From: Parvularia atlantis
Lineage: Eukaryota
NCBI GenBank assembly: GCA_943704415.1
Contig: CALSCO010001648.1
Span: forward strand, 1 to 58,732
DNA: 58,732 nucleotides
Direction: 5' to 3'
Under the pieces are notes generated by a model. It made no database searches, had not been told where the DNA came from, and was given only the letters and a program-made list of their open reading frames with translations. Below, piece by piece: positions 32,700 to 47,053 of the stretch. Made by a program: the position numbers and the translations under genes. Numbering within the stretch: position 1 is the stretch's first letter; each line of letters starts with the position of its first letter.

Positions 32700-34330
32700 A
32701 CGTGACCGCGCTCCACGCCGCAGTCGTCGGCGTGCGCGAGCCAGCCAGGCCCTCGCCGTACGGGTGAATTCGTGGAAAGTGTGACGCACAGCTCTGCGTC
32801 TCTTTGAGCGCCCTGCAATGTCGTCGTCGCCTTGCCGCACAGCAACTCCGCGTCGCCTGGTGCGGTGTGCAACGTGTGCGCCGTGGATCGGTGCTACAAA
32901 TTAGCGCTTCGCGCCCATCGCATGCACACCGCTGTCGCACGCCGAGGCCGCACGTGTGCCAGTCACGCGAAATGTTTTATTAACGACCGCGGCCTCGCTC
33001 ACGCGGACATGTAGCCACACTAGTGCTGCGCACCCTCCCGCTAAGCAAGATTCGCCAAGCTGAGCAACATACTCAAGCAGCTCGACACGACGATCTTGGC
33101 GTTCGTCTGGTTTGGCAAGACGCGAGGTCTCGTGCGATGCGCGCGTGCTGTGATACCACCAGGTCAAGGCGGTCTTGGCATACCCGACTTGAGAGGCCAC
33201 ATCTGAGCAATCCAGCTAGACAACCTGCGCGGCCTGCTCGACGTGCACAACAGCAGCTGAAAGCGCTACGTCCTCGTTCACTTGCCGCGACCAAGTAGCC
33301 GACGCGCGGCTGCCTGCGAGCTCGTACCCGTCGGCACCGTGACAAACCGTCGTGAACACTGCCTTCGACTGCGCTGCAGCCAGCGACACCTGTCCAAAGT
33401 GCATCAGCAGCGCCTCTACTTCAACAAGAACATCCATGCCGACGGCCGTCTGGCAAAGCGCGGCGTCGCTCGCGTGTCCAACATGTCAAACCACGACGGC
33501 ACGCGAAGGAACACGCACCAGCTGCCAGCACGACCGCGCTGCGACCTCTACTCCAAGACGTTCGTGCGGCGATCCCGGCTGCATGGCTGGTGCCCGGCTG
33601 CTTCTACATGGACACCGAAGACGCTGCTCTCACGCCCCGACCGAGGTGCTCCGTGCCACGACAGTTCACCCCAACGGCGCCGTCGACCGGTGCACAACGC
33701 TAGACGCATCAACATCAACGTCCACACTACGGTCACCACGCGGGCTCCACTTACCTGTGGAAAGCGCACGTCGTGTGGCCGAGCACGCGTGTCGGCATTC
33801 TCGAAAGCGGCATGTAAGACATCGACTTCGTCCCAGCAGCTCGATCAAGGAGCCTGCACACAGCCGACTCCGCTGCCCAACTGCACCGTGCGCAGCTCTG
33901 CACCAATTCCCACGTCTTGCTTCCCACACAAAGACGCCGGCGCGGACGACCGCTGGCGTGTGCTGGTCTCGACACCGATCGACTGGTCGCGCTCGACGCC
34001 CGGGCATTCGCGCGTTCTTCTTCTGGCGCCTCGCGCATCTACCTTCAATGCACATTGGCAACAGCGTGCGCCGGTACATGCCCGAGGTGGTCACACGCTG
34101 CTCCGCGCCTGGCTGCAACGCGACCGAGACATGCCAGTACATGTACCTCTTCGCCGCCTGCCCAACATGGATCACGGTGACCTGGACAGACGGCCTCGGT
34201 GGTATCTTCATTACGCCGTGATGCACCTCGCTCGCACAAGGTCATCTGAGGAACCGTCGTCGTCAAGGCAATCGACACGCTGCGCTGTCTTGCTCGGCTC
34301 GTCTACACTCCCGCGGCGCTAAGCCCGGCC
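32700..34330 (+). mobile_element. Degenerate, 5'-truncated non-LTR retrotransposon (L1/Tx1-like LINE ORF2 3' half)
   Basis: Lower GC and no host-type introns. Post-RT motif ILAFVWFGK..VIPPGQGGLGIPDL (about 33090-33190) followed by in-frame TGAs; zf-RVT-like RAFFFWRLAHL..RCSAPGCNATET..YLFAACP (about 34005-34170) in another frame. Boundaries approximate; no TSD or poly(A) seen. Confidence 0.75.
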
Positions 34331-34684
34331 GTCGTTACCGTGATGGCCCGCCACGCCGTCACTCGCCAGCTCGAGACGCTGCTGTCAACGCGTTTCGCTT
34401 GCCGCCACACTGGGCCTACACAAAGCTCAAGCGGTACCTGTAAAAGGCGAGGGTTCTCGGGCACGGTGGAGCTCCGGGCGTTGGTTGCACTGTAATCTTG
34501 CCTCTGTTCCGTTCCACCTCTCAGGCCCATTGCATTCGTTTCAAACCCGCCGGTGAAGTTGAAGTTGCTGCAGCATGCACTTCTCATGACATCTCATGCC
34601 AACAACCACAATTCTGCGTTGTGCACTTGTGAATTCAACGTGCCGCAAACGCTGAAGCAGCGTGCGAAAATGCCATTGTGTAGT

Positions 34685-37600
34685 TCATGCATGTGGCGAA
34701 AGCTCACGGTAGCGCGGTAGCACGCTTGAGTCGGATGCGGATGACGATGCTGCGCATGCTTCTTCGGTCTTTCCGTCTGAAAATCCCGGGTTGGACGGGC
34801 GTCGACAGATGGTGTCGGTGCTTGTGTACTGCGGCGGATGCGCGTTGTGGCTCCGATCAGCCGGCGTCACGTCAACAAGCTCGCAGTTGTGCTCGTCGTT
34901 CACATACTATTGAGCGTGAGCAGACGATTGCGCGCGAACCAGCGCACCTCAACGATGTCCACGGGGAACGCGTCCGGTCGGTCGGAGCAGATGTGCAAAA
35001 CGACAGCCGCCGCGGAAAGAAGCAGTGCCACGCCGGCGCAGCCGAGTGCCCACCACAGCTGGTCAACGGCCGATCTGCTATGTGCGGTCAGCTGATCGCA
35101 CAATCGAAACTGATGAGTCGACAGACACGTACTGCGTGGTGATGCAGATGTCGTTATGTGCAGTAGTATAGCTCGCGCCGAGGTCAGTGCAGCGGGCGGC
35201 GTCGAGGATTGCGTCGAGACCGTCGTCGACCATCCTGACAAGCTTGCGTGCGGCAGTCGGCGCGGTTGTGTCCACAAAAGTGCTTAGCAGGTCGTCTGCG
35301 GTCGTTGACAGCCCGTCCAGCTGCGCATCAACAGCGGCCTTCACGCATTGAAGCGACGCCTGTCAAAAGTGTGAGCCGAAGTTGCGACACGTGTGCACCG
35401 CGCACCGTCAAGTCTGCAGTCTCGTTCTGCAGGCTCTGCGCACTTGCTTGAACAGCTGTGAGCTTGCCGAGCGTGGCGGGCACGGCGCTGTCGATCATGG
35501 TGTTGTACATCGCGGCGATGCGAAGCATGCGCTGACGCAGGTGATCGCGTGACGGCTGCGTGTTGAGCGGCGGGATCGGCCTGTAGCGCATGCAGACCTG
35601 CAAATGCGAATGAATTGTGAGGTGGGCCTTGAGCAGCGGTAGGCACCTCGCACCGCGGGGAATGTCGGGATGTCTCGCAGGGCCTCCCCAAAAGGGCGCA
35701 GGTAGTTGTCGCTCGTGCGCTGGTAGGTGTCATTCATTCCGTCGAGCGTGTCCACCAACGTGCTGATGTTGAACGAGTCGAGCAGAACGACGTAGTCGGC
35801 AATGTCGAGCTGTTTGCGTGCATCGGCGAGACGAGCGTTGAGCGTTCCGTTGATGTCCAGCTGCTTGACGCGAGCAGCGACGTCGTCGTCGCGTAGTCCC
35901 GAGTGCAGCAGACGTCGCAGGCTGCCGATGTAGCTGTCCAGCGTTGGTCCGTCGCCAAATTCGAGAGACTGGATGCTGGCAGGCGGTTGCGTGCACAGTT
36001 TGACGACCTGGCGTTCAGCTCAATGAGCTGTGTGTAAACGGTGTGAGAAGTCGTGCACACCTCGTAGAACAGCGGCAGGGCCACAAGCACGGTCGGGTCG
36101 CTCTGCTGTGCGGTCGGTTGCAGCGAAGGCATGTGTTTCGTGCACGCACCTGGAGCGAGCGCGGGAGCACGGATGCGACAGTCTGCGTGTCGAGCAGTAT
36201 GCAGCCCTCGTCCACTGTAACGCTTGCCACAAAGTAGGCCGCACAGACAATCCACAGGCATGCAGCAAGGACCAGCACAGAAAGTGCAGCGCTGCAGGAC
36301 GGAACGTGAAGATGCGCAATAGGTGTACAAGTGCGCGCACCACGTTAGCAGCCTCGAGCGGTCCCAGACGGCGGTGGCGACCACGACGAGCGCCGAAGCA
36401 CCGACGACGGCTAACAGCACGAGCAGTGCGCTGCGTCTGTGAGTGCCGCAGTAAGGCTGACTGCAACGGCATTCGGGCAGAGCTCGGCACGCACAGTCCG
36501 TCATTGATAGTTCGGACGTAGTCGACGACGGCACCTGCGTGCAGACTTGATTGTGCTGTGGCCAGCTGTGCCGAGATGGGCCCAAGTGCCTGCCGATGTG
36601 CAACTCAGTGCGATGTCACGGTAAGCATCCAGCAAGCGAACCGCGTCGAGTGTCCGCTGGCCCTGTCTGCGGGCATCGTGGACGTACGCTTGCGCCTGGT
36701 TGAGCAATTCTGCGCACCGACGTGTGAGCTCAGCACAACAATAAGCGTAAATCGATCACACCGTGCACGGTCGCCGCTGCTTGCTCGGCTGCGGCATCGG
36801 CTCCACCGGCGAGGCGAGCAGCGGTGTCCCGCGCACTGGAAGAGACGTTCGTGGTGGCGAGGGTGCTGAGTATGGCGGTGAGGTTCGGCATGACGATCGG
36901 GTCGATCTGCTGGCGCGGGACGCGAGGCAGGCAGAAGGTCCGCAGTGCATAGTCTGCCGCACGGGTCGTGTGAGCGCAGCCGATGATCCAGACAGACGCA
37001 GCGCGCACAGTAGCCGCCCAACGGCGCCAGCTCAAAGAGACCGTCGTACGTGTCCTGCAGGTTGTTGAAGCTGTCGCGCAGCGCGTTCATTGAGACCGTC
37101 GCGTCGGTGATGGTCGCGTTCTGATTCGCGCACGCGGGTTTAGGCTGCTGGCTGCAACGCGAGGTGGTCGCGCACCAGGCTGAGCAGGGCGGCGTAGAGG
37201 CTGTTGACGTGCTGCTGGACGTGATCGGCCTCGCCGGTGATGTTGACCAGCACCGGGGTGAGCAGGGTCGCGACGAGGGCGCGCGGGACATCGGCGGCGC
37301 CGTCGGCGGTTGCAGCGATGGAGCTGTGCAGCTGCGCGCGTGTCGCAGTGACTGGAGTGAGAATGTCTCAACAGGGGTTGTGCGCTGACCTGCCCGGCGG
37401 TGTCGGCGAGCGTCTGTGCAAAGCGCGGCTGTACCTGCTGCGCGGTGTCGATGAGCGCGTCGAGCGAGGCCACGTCGTGCTGAACGGCGCTGTGCACGCG
37501 CTGGACGCTGACGATGCCGAGGGCGACGCCGACGCTGCACAATGGGCCGGTGAGTGCTGCTTGACGGGGCTGAGCGGGCGCGCAACGTACACGGCGAGTG

Positions 37601-37959
37601 CAGCTGCGGCGGCGATGAGCAGGCGCGCAGCGACGCGTGCCCTTCTGTTGCTGCCGCTGCCGACCGGGCGCGGGCGTCGACGCAGGCAGGACGCAACCAC
37701 AACGGCCGGCACGAACACGGCGAGGGCGGCCAGAGCAAGCACTGCGCAGCCGAGTGCGACGGCGATGACGCCCTGTGTGCCCGCGCGACGGCGAGTGAGC
37801 ACACGGCCGGATCGCTGTGCAGCCGCGGGAGCGCACGCGCTGAGCGTCGAGTGTGGCCGCGGCGTCGAGGGTGTCGCCGTCCGCGCCATAGACGACGGCG
37901 GGCTGCGTCGGGCGCGCGGCGCGGCGCAAGCCGGCGGCCATCGCGCCCCAGGCGTCCAT
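34685..37959 (-). CDS. Prominin-like paralogue, diverged and apparently lacking a signal peptide
   Basis: Same five-TM layout as the neighbouring prominin: TM1 GVIAVALGCAVLALAAL..., TM2 VGVALGIVSV, TM3/4 ALLVLLAVVG.. and LAACLWIVCAAYFVASVTVDEGC, then C..LGASY....NDIC and AVDQLWWALGCAGVALL. Exon structure in the middle is only partly resolved; could be decaying. Confidence 0.65.
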
Positions 37960-38117
37960 AGGCGCGGCGCGGGTGACGTGGCGAGTGCGGGGCGCGGCAT
38001 GACGGCGGCGAGGTGAGGCACGTGACCGCGGTAAGGGGCACTTCGCTTTGGTTCGTTGGAACCGGCCTCTTGCGCAGGCCCCCCTCTGCCCCCGCGCTAC
38101 GCACGCACACGCCCGCG

Positions 38118-41100
38118 ATGCACAGGATGCCGCGTCGCACCCGTGCTGTGCAGGCCGCGGCGTCGCTGGCCGCGCTGGTCGCGATCTTGGCCGTGGCCTT
38201 GCTCGGTGAGTGCACCCGCCCTCCCCGGTCCCTTCTGAGCCGCGCCTTGCGCCGCGCAGCACCCGCCTCCGCGGCCACGTACGACGTGCGCACGGCCGTG
38301 CCGTACAACTTCAGCGCAGCCGAGCAGGACCAGCTGTACCGCCTGGCCAACACCAGCGACAGCGGCGCACTGCAGCCGTGGGTCAACATGCCGCAGGGCG
38401 TGCGCACCGCGAGCACGCCGGACGTGCAGTACGTGTTCGACACGGTCTACGGCGGCTTCACCGGCAGCGGCGGCGACCTGCGCACGTTCGTGCTGGCCGT
38501 GCTCAACAGCATCGCCGTGCGCCGCCCGCGCACGCCGTTGCCGGGCCCGGCCGCGCGCGCTCACCCGCCCACGCGGCGCCACACAGGGCCTGATCACGAT
38601 CTTCATCCTGTGCATCATCTTCGCCATCCTCGCCTGCTGCACCTGCCCCTTCTTCTACTGGTGCCGCAGCTGCGGGTGCTGCGGCGGGGCGCGCCCCACC
38701 AAGCTCAGCCCGTACACCGACGCCGAGAAGCGCGACGCCGTCATCGTCCTTGTCGTCGGCCTCATCCTTGTCAGGTGCGCGATGCGCCGCCGGGCCGACC
38801 AGGCGGCGCTCACCGCCCGGCCCGCCGCGCGCCCCGCAGCGTCGGCGGCATCATCGGCATCTTCGCCAGCGTGCAGATGGCCAAGGGCATCGACGGCGTC
38901 CTGTTCTCGGTCGACCACACGATCAACGATGCGAAGAACCTGCCGATCCAGGTCGTCGGCTTGGCGTACGACCTCGTGGACCAGGTGCGCCCGCGCGCTG
39001 TTCGTCGCGCGTACTCACTGCGCTCGCAGCTGAACGACACCGTCACCGACATCGCCAACAACCTCAAGGACGCGCCAACGTCGTTCATCGTCGGGCAGAT
39101 CACGCCGTACGTGTTCAACCTGACCGCGCAGATCAGCGCGCTGCAGATTGTCTTTGACGACATCTACAACCAGCTCGACTTGCTGGCGCGCGCTCGCCCA
39201 CATTGAAGCGCACACAGCTCGCTGACAAGGCGCTGTACGCAGGACACGACGTCGCAGGATACGCTCGACACGATCACGCTGCTCAAGACGAACTTTGACG
39301 ACGTGCAGGCCCAGTACGCGGCGCTGCTAAACTACTACTCCTTTAACACGTTCTGTGCGTGGCTCCGCGCGTTGCGCTCGCTGCATGCATGGCGGCTGAG
39401 CGGTGTGCACTGCAACAGCGTATCGCATTGTGTGCCTGCCGCCCGTGCCGAACCGCAGCTTCGGCATTCCGACGTTCCCGGACGGCAAGTCGCTGCTGTC
39501 GTACGTGGACACGTTCAACCTGACGGCCGAGGCGATCAATATTGAGAACAACTACAACTCGTTCTCGGACAACGTGCTGGCGCAAATCGACGACACGATC
39601 GACGGTGCGCCGCGCCGGCGGGGACGCGCGCCGCCGTCGCTGCTCACCGCACCGCTCGCACGCAGACATCGTCGGCGAAGTCACCCCGAAGACGACAGAG
39701 TTCCTCGACCAGGCGGTGGACAGCGTCAACGGGGTGCGCCGCGCGTGCGCGGTGTGGCGCCGCTGACGGCTAAGACGCGCAGATCGCGGGCTCAATCAAT
39801 GGCATTCTCAACGACATCCAGGGCACCATCCGCACGTACAATGACCAGTACGTCGCCGTGGCCAACTACTGGCGGTGCGTGCGCGCGTGCGGCATAAAGA
39901 AAGGGCTGCCGCGTGCTGACGCCGGGCCGCCTCAGCAACGTCGGCATGTGCATCATCTTCTCGTTCGTGTGGATCGTGATGCTGCTGGCCATCTTCGGCA
40001 TCTCGATCAAGATCTCGTGCCTGGTGACCTTGTACGTGCCCCGCGCGCGCGTGTTGTCGCCGGCCGCACTCCCTGACCGTGGCGCGTGTGTGCCGCAGCG
40101 GCGCCGTCCTCGCTTTCACGCTCATGTGGATCCTGTGGTACTTTGCCGCGTTCCAGTACATCATCGCTGTGCCGATCGGCCTGGTCTGCAAGTCGATCGA
40201 CTCGCAGGCGATCACGCAGGTGATCCCGAGCCAGGTGCGTCGCGCTGTTTGTCCGTGCCGTCGGCTGTGCACTCACGCCGCGGCGACCGTCCTGGCAGCT
40301 CAACGTGTCGTTTGTGGACGACTACGTCCCGATCGCGTACGAGATCATCGACACGTGCACGCAGCCTGACGGCAACCTGGCCAACGTGACAATCATGGGC
40401 AGCTCGCTCATCGGCGTGATCCAGCCGCTGCGGGCCCAGTTTGACGACGCGATCAACCAGCTGAACCTCACCGGGTTGATCGAGAGCATTGACATCGCGG
40501 GCCAGATCGGCGACCTGGACGTCGCCGGCAAGTTCAACCTCACAGGCTACCAGGGCTACCTCGACAACATTGCCTCGGCCAACTACGACGAGCCCATCGG
40601 CCTGGTCAACCAGACGTACCTTGACGTGCAAGGCTGGCTGGTGGACTACGACGTTTTGAGCACGGTCCCCGAGCCCGTGCCCGACGTGCGTGAGCGAGTG
40701 CCGCCGGGCGACCACGTGGCGCACACTGATGCGTGCGCCGCTCGCGTGCAGTCGTGTCTGGAGTACAGCGGTGCCACGCCGACCGGCACCGACCTGAACG
40801 ACGTCAAGAACGACGCGCGCGCGCGCATCAACAGCGCCATAGCCGCGCTCAACACAGTCAGCACGGTCGACCTGCCCGCGCTGAGGGACAACATCAACCT
40901 GCTCGCCAGTCAGACCGCGACGCTGTCGACCAAGACAGCGGCATCGGCGGTGCGGCACGGGCGCGGCAGGCGCACATATGTGCGCGCCGACGCTGACATT
41001 GCAGCGCAGCCCGTCGTGTTCCAGCTGTCAGCCTTGGCCCTCAACGCGACGGCGATCGTCGTGGCCCAGTCGGACGCGTTCCTCAACAGCCTCGTGCAGA

Positions 41101-41574
41101 CCGTCGTGCCGGCGCAGATTGCGCTCGCGCGCACCTTTGTCAACAGCGCGATCGACCAGGTTATCGGGCTCGCCGACTGCTACTTTGTCGGCCAGGACTA
41201 CCTCGCGTTCAAGAACAGCATCTGCGTGCTCTTTGTGTGCGTGCGGCGCTGCGCGGCCTTGTGCGCGCCGCTCGCTCACGTCGGCGGCTGGCGGCAGGGG
41301 CGGCCTGGACGCAGTCTGGTGGGCATGTGGCTACGTCGCGACGCTGCTGATCATCGTCATCGTCGGCCTGACGCTCACGGCCAAGCGCATCATCCTCAGC
41401 GCGTACATCGACGACGGCCTGCAGGACGTGTCGTACGTTGACACGGAAATGGCGACCATCGGCGGCTCGTCGTCGGCGGCGCCGTACAGCGGGCAGCAGC
41501 CGCCGAGCTACAGCGAGCTTAACAGCCCGCCGAGCAAGACGACGGACGAGGCGATCGACAACCGCTACGCCTGA
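38118..41574 (+). CDS. Prominin (CD133)-family pentaspan glycoprotein
   Basis: Signal peptide, TM1 followed by Cys-rich CCTCPFFYWCRSCGCCGG, TM2, large N-glycosylated loop, TM3-TM4 (..IAVPIGLVC), second large loop ending DCYFVGQDY..KNSIC, then GGLDAVWWACG TM5 and a Tyr-containing tail; TGA at 41572-41574. Start at ATG 38118 or 38127. Confidence 0.82.
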
Positions 41575-41736
41575 ACGCGCTCAGCGGCGTCGCCCCGACG
41601 CACTGTTCATGGCCCCTCCCCGAAATTTTTTGAGGCGCCACACTGGCTCCTTTCCGCCAATCTTTTCTCTCACCCACTCACATCTCCTCAGTGCCTTTGC
41701 ACGCAAGCAGCTCAGCGTTCGCGAAACAGCTCTCCG

Positions 41737-43886
41737 TCACGCGGCCGGGGTGGGCGGCTTCTTGGCGCGCTTGCGTGCCTCGGCGACGCGATCGCGGCGC
41801 TCTCTGCTGCGCTTGGCCGCCGCGGCCGCCTGCGCGTCGTCGGGCGCGTCCAGACCGGCCGCCTGCGTGTCGCGCGCCTCAGGGTCACGGTGGCCGTCGC
41901 ATCGCGGCGATAGCGCCCGCACCCGACCCCCGTCCGCCGCGCCCTCATCGTCCTCGCCGTCGTCCTCGCCTGCGCCGCTTCCGCCGCCCGGCCGCCGGAC
42001 GAGCTTGCGCAACTCGCCGTACTTGAACAGGGGCGCGGCGTCGCGGTCGTCGGGGCTCTCTGGAGGCGCGCGCATATGCAGACGTGTTGGTCGGGTGTCG
42101 CGCTACTTACGGGCGACAACGCACCCAACAGCGACCCGATCGCGTTCACCCCCGCGTCCAGCCGGGCCTGCAGCTCGGGCTCCTCCTGCAGCAGCACCTG
42201 TGCTGCCGTGTCAGACGGCCCGCGGAAGGGCGAGTGCACGAAGCACCTCTGGCGCGCACGGCCCGTCCAGCGCCTTGGCCGGTGCGCTCAGCGTCTCGGC
42301 CAGGGGCGCGAGGCACGTCACCAGTCTGCACGGCGCATGCGTCAGCCGCTTTGCTGCGCGCCAGCCGCGGGGCACCGCACCTGGCCGCGGTGCGGTCGGT
42401 CGTCACCCAGAGACGGCCGTGCGAGTCAAATGCAATGTCGGTCGGGTGGCCGAGTGCGTCGGTCGCGTGCACGCCGAGCAGCTCAAGCGCGGCCGCGCCG
42501 CCGGGCGTCGCTGCGAGTCTGAAGAGGTAGATCTGCGGGTGCCTGCGCGAGCCTCTCAGAATTGTGCGGCTCGGCTTGGACGCGGCCCTGCTCACCGTTC
42601 CGCCGCGACAGCGACGAGGGTTGTGCCGCTGCCTTGCATCGCCGAAGCGATGCGCATGACGTCGAGCTCGGCGCTGTCGTCGTCGCTCGCCGCGTCAGCC
42701 TGCGCCGCGCGTGTGAGCCTCCGCCGTGGGCCACGACGTGTCGCACGCACCGCGGTCGGGCGCAGGCGCGTGAGGTCGACCGTCTGCAGCGCTGTGCAGG
42801 CCACGTAGTCCCACAGGATCACAAGGCCGTCGCCACCGCCCGAGACGAGCAGCCGGCTGGGTGCAATCGTGGGTGGGAAGTGCAGGCACGTCACAAACCT
42901 GCGCGGCTGCGTGAGCGTGCTCGCCGCGTGCCATGCCGTGCCGCGTGCGCAACTGCAGATGCCCGAGGCAGAAGCCCTCAATGACGAAGGCCTGGGGCAG
43001 CCGGCTCACACGGATCTTCTCGTCGCGGTCGGCGGTGAGGATGAGGGCGTCGTCCGGGCTGGTGATCTGAGCGCCGGGCGTGTGAGCTGTGTGCGCGGGC
43101 CGCGCACACACGCAGAGCGGTCGGCGGCGCACGACGTCGGTCACGAGCGAGAGGTGGCCCATGAGCAGCTGTGGAGTCATGGTGCGGTCGGCGACACTGA
43201 AGCTGCGTGTGCGTGGTCGTGTGCGATCAGGACAGAGGCGCACGGCGCGCGAGGCGACGAGGCGGCACACCTGAAGACGTCGCCAAACTTGTCGGCGGCG
43301 ACGAGGTGCGTGCTGCTGTGGGTGAACGCGAGGGACGAGACGCGCTTGTGGGCCGTGCTGCAGGGTGTGCGTGAGCGATGTGCACAGGCACAGAGGGCGA
43401 AGGGCGCAGATGCAGCGCGACCGGACGCAGCAACCCTCCCCGCGCTCGCCCCGCGATGCACGGCGCCCCGACTCGCAACGCACCCGGACGCGACGACGGC
43501 CCAGGTGAGCGTGCTCCAAACCGTCACGGCCTTGTCGTCGGCGGCCGCGGCCAGCAGTGCGCCGTCGCGGCTGACGCACGCGCTCAGGATCGGCCGCGCG
43601 GGCGCCCCGCCCACGGCCGCGACCACCGCGCCGGCGTCGGGCCGGGTGCTCGCGACGACCGCGCCGGTGCTGCGGGCATTGCGCGTTCGCATCGTCAGCG
43701 AGCGCTCTTACGCCGCCGCACGCCGCGGCCCGCGACGCACGCGATCGACACGACGTCCAGGTGGCGGCCGCGCACGAGCACCACGCGCGCGTCGTCCATC
43801 GGCGTCGTCGTCGTCGTCATCGTGGACAGCGGCAGCGGCAGCGGCAGCACCGTGCTCGCGGCGACGCGCTCGGCACTCGCCGCCAT
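41737..43886 (-). CDS. TRM82: tRNA m7G46 methyltransferase non-catalytic WD40 subunit Trm82/WDR4
   Basis: AAADDKAVTVW, KRVSSLAF..LVAADKFGDV, LMGHLSLVTDV, ILTADRDEKIRVSRLPQAFVIEGFCLGH..FV and LVSGGGDG. Confidence 0.93.
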
Positions 43887-43904
43887 CGCGCCCAAAGTCT
43901 GGCA

Positions 43905-43985
43905 CCCAAAGCACACAGCGCTCACAGCGCTCACAGCCCAAAGCACACAGCGCTCACAGCGCTCACAGCCCAAAGCACACAGCGC

Positions 43986-43991
<6 letters not shown>
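43905..43991. repeat. 32-nt tandem repeat x2.7 (CCCAAAGCACACAGCGCTCACAGCGCTCACAG)
   Basis: Units at 43905-43936, 43937-43968 and 43969-43991; fills the ELP3-TRM82 spacer and overlaps the ELP3 stop codon. Confidence 0.92.
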
Positions 43992-46512
<2,521 letters not shown>

Positions 46513-46536
46513 CGCACAAGGCACGTTGCGTCAGCG

Positions 46537-47038
46537 CTACAAACTGCCCTCGCTCTGTACAGGCGCATCGGCCCCCGCCTCCACCAGCCGTACCCGCCGC
46601 GTCTCCTCCAGCGCGTGCAGCAGGCTGTCGCGCAGCGTGTCGGCCTGGTCCGAGAGGCGGTCGAGCAGCGCCGTGGCGTTGTCGAGCTGCTCGTTGAGCT
46701 GCGCAAACTCGGCGCCCTCCTCGGCGTCCAGCGCGCCGTCCTCGTCCTCCACCTCGTCGCCCTCGTCGCCCTCGTCGCCGTCCGCGTCCGCGTCCGCGTC
46801 CTCGTCGCCGTCCGCGTCCGCGTCGCCCGCGTCGTCGCCCGCCTCGGCGCCGAGCTCGCGCAGGCGCGCCAGCAGCGTCCGCGCCTCGTCCTCGAGCCGC
46901 TCGGTCTGGCCCTGCAGGTCGGCGGCCGTGTCGGCGTCGAGCGCGAAGAAGGCGTAGCGGTCGGTCTGCGGCGCGGGCGATGCGGCGCGCCGTCAGTCAG
47001 CGGCCGTCGACCGAACGAGTGAGGCGCACCTTCGACAT
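46537..47038 (-). CDS. Small acidic coiled-coil protein, BBLN/C9orf16 (UPF0184)-like
   Basis: MSK|TDRY..., an acidic linker, then AEFAQLNEQLDNATALLDRLSDQADTLRDSLLHALEETRRVRL, matching the UPF0184 pattern (EYAAINSMLDQINSCLDHLEE..D.L..RL.ELLESNRQ.R). Confidence 0.65.
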
Positions 47039-47053
47039 CACGCTCGAACTGTC

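Noticed and set aside
32685..32702. CCTTAAC (minus strand) resembling a U12 branch point
   Set aside because: Too close to the AG and no matching RTATCCT donor seen; I found no convincing minor-spliceosome intron.
32640..34690. Target-site duplication or poly(A) tail for the LINE remnant (CAACAAC near 32652 and 34600)
   Set aside because: The match is too short and its flanks differ; element ends cannot be defined.
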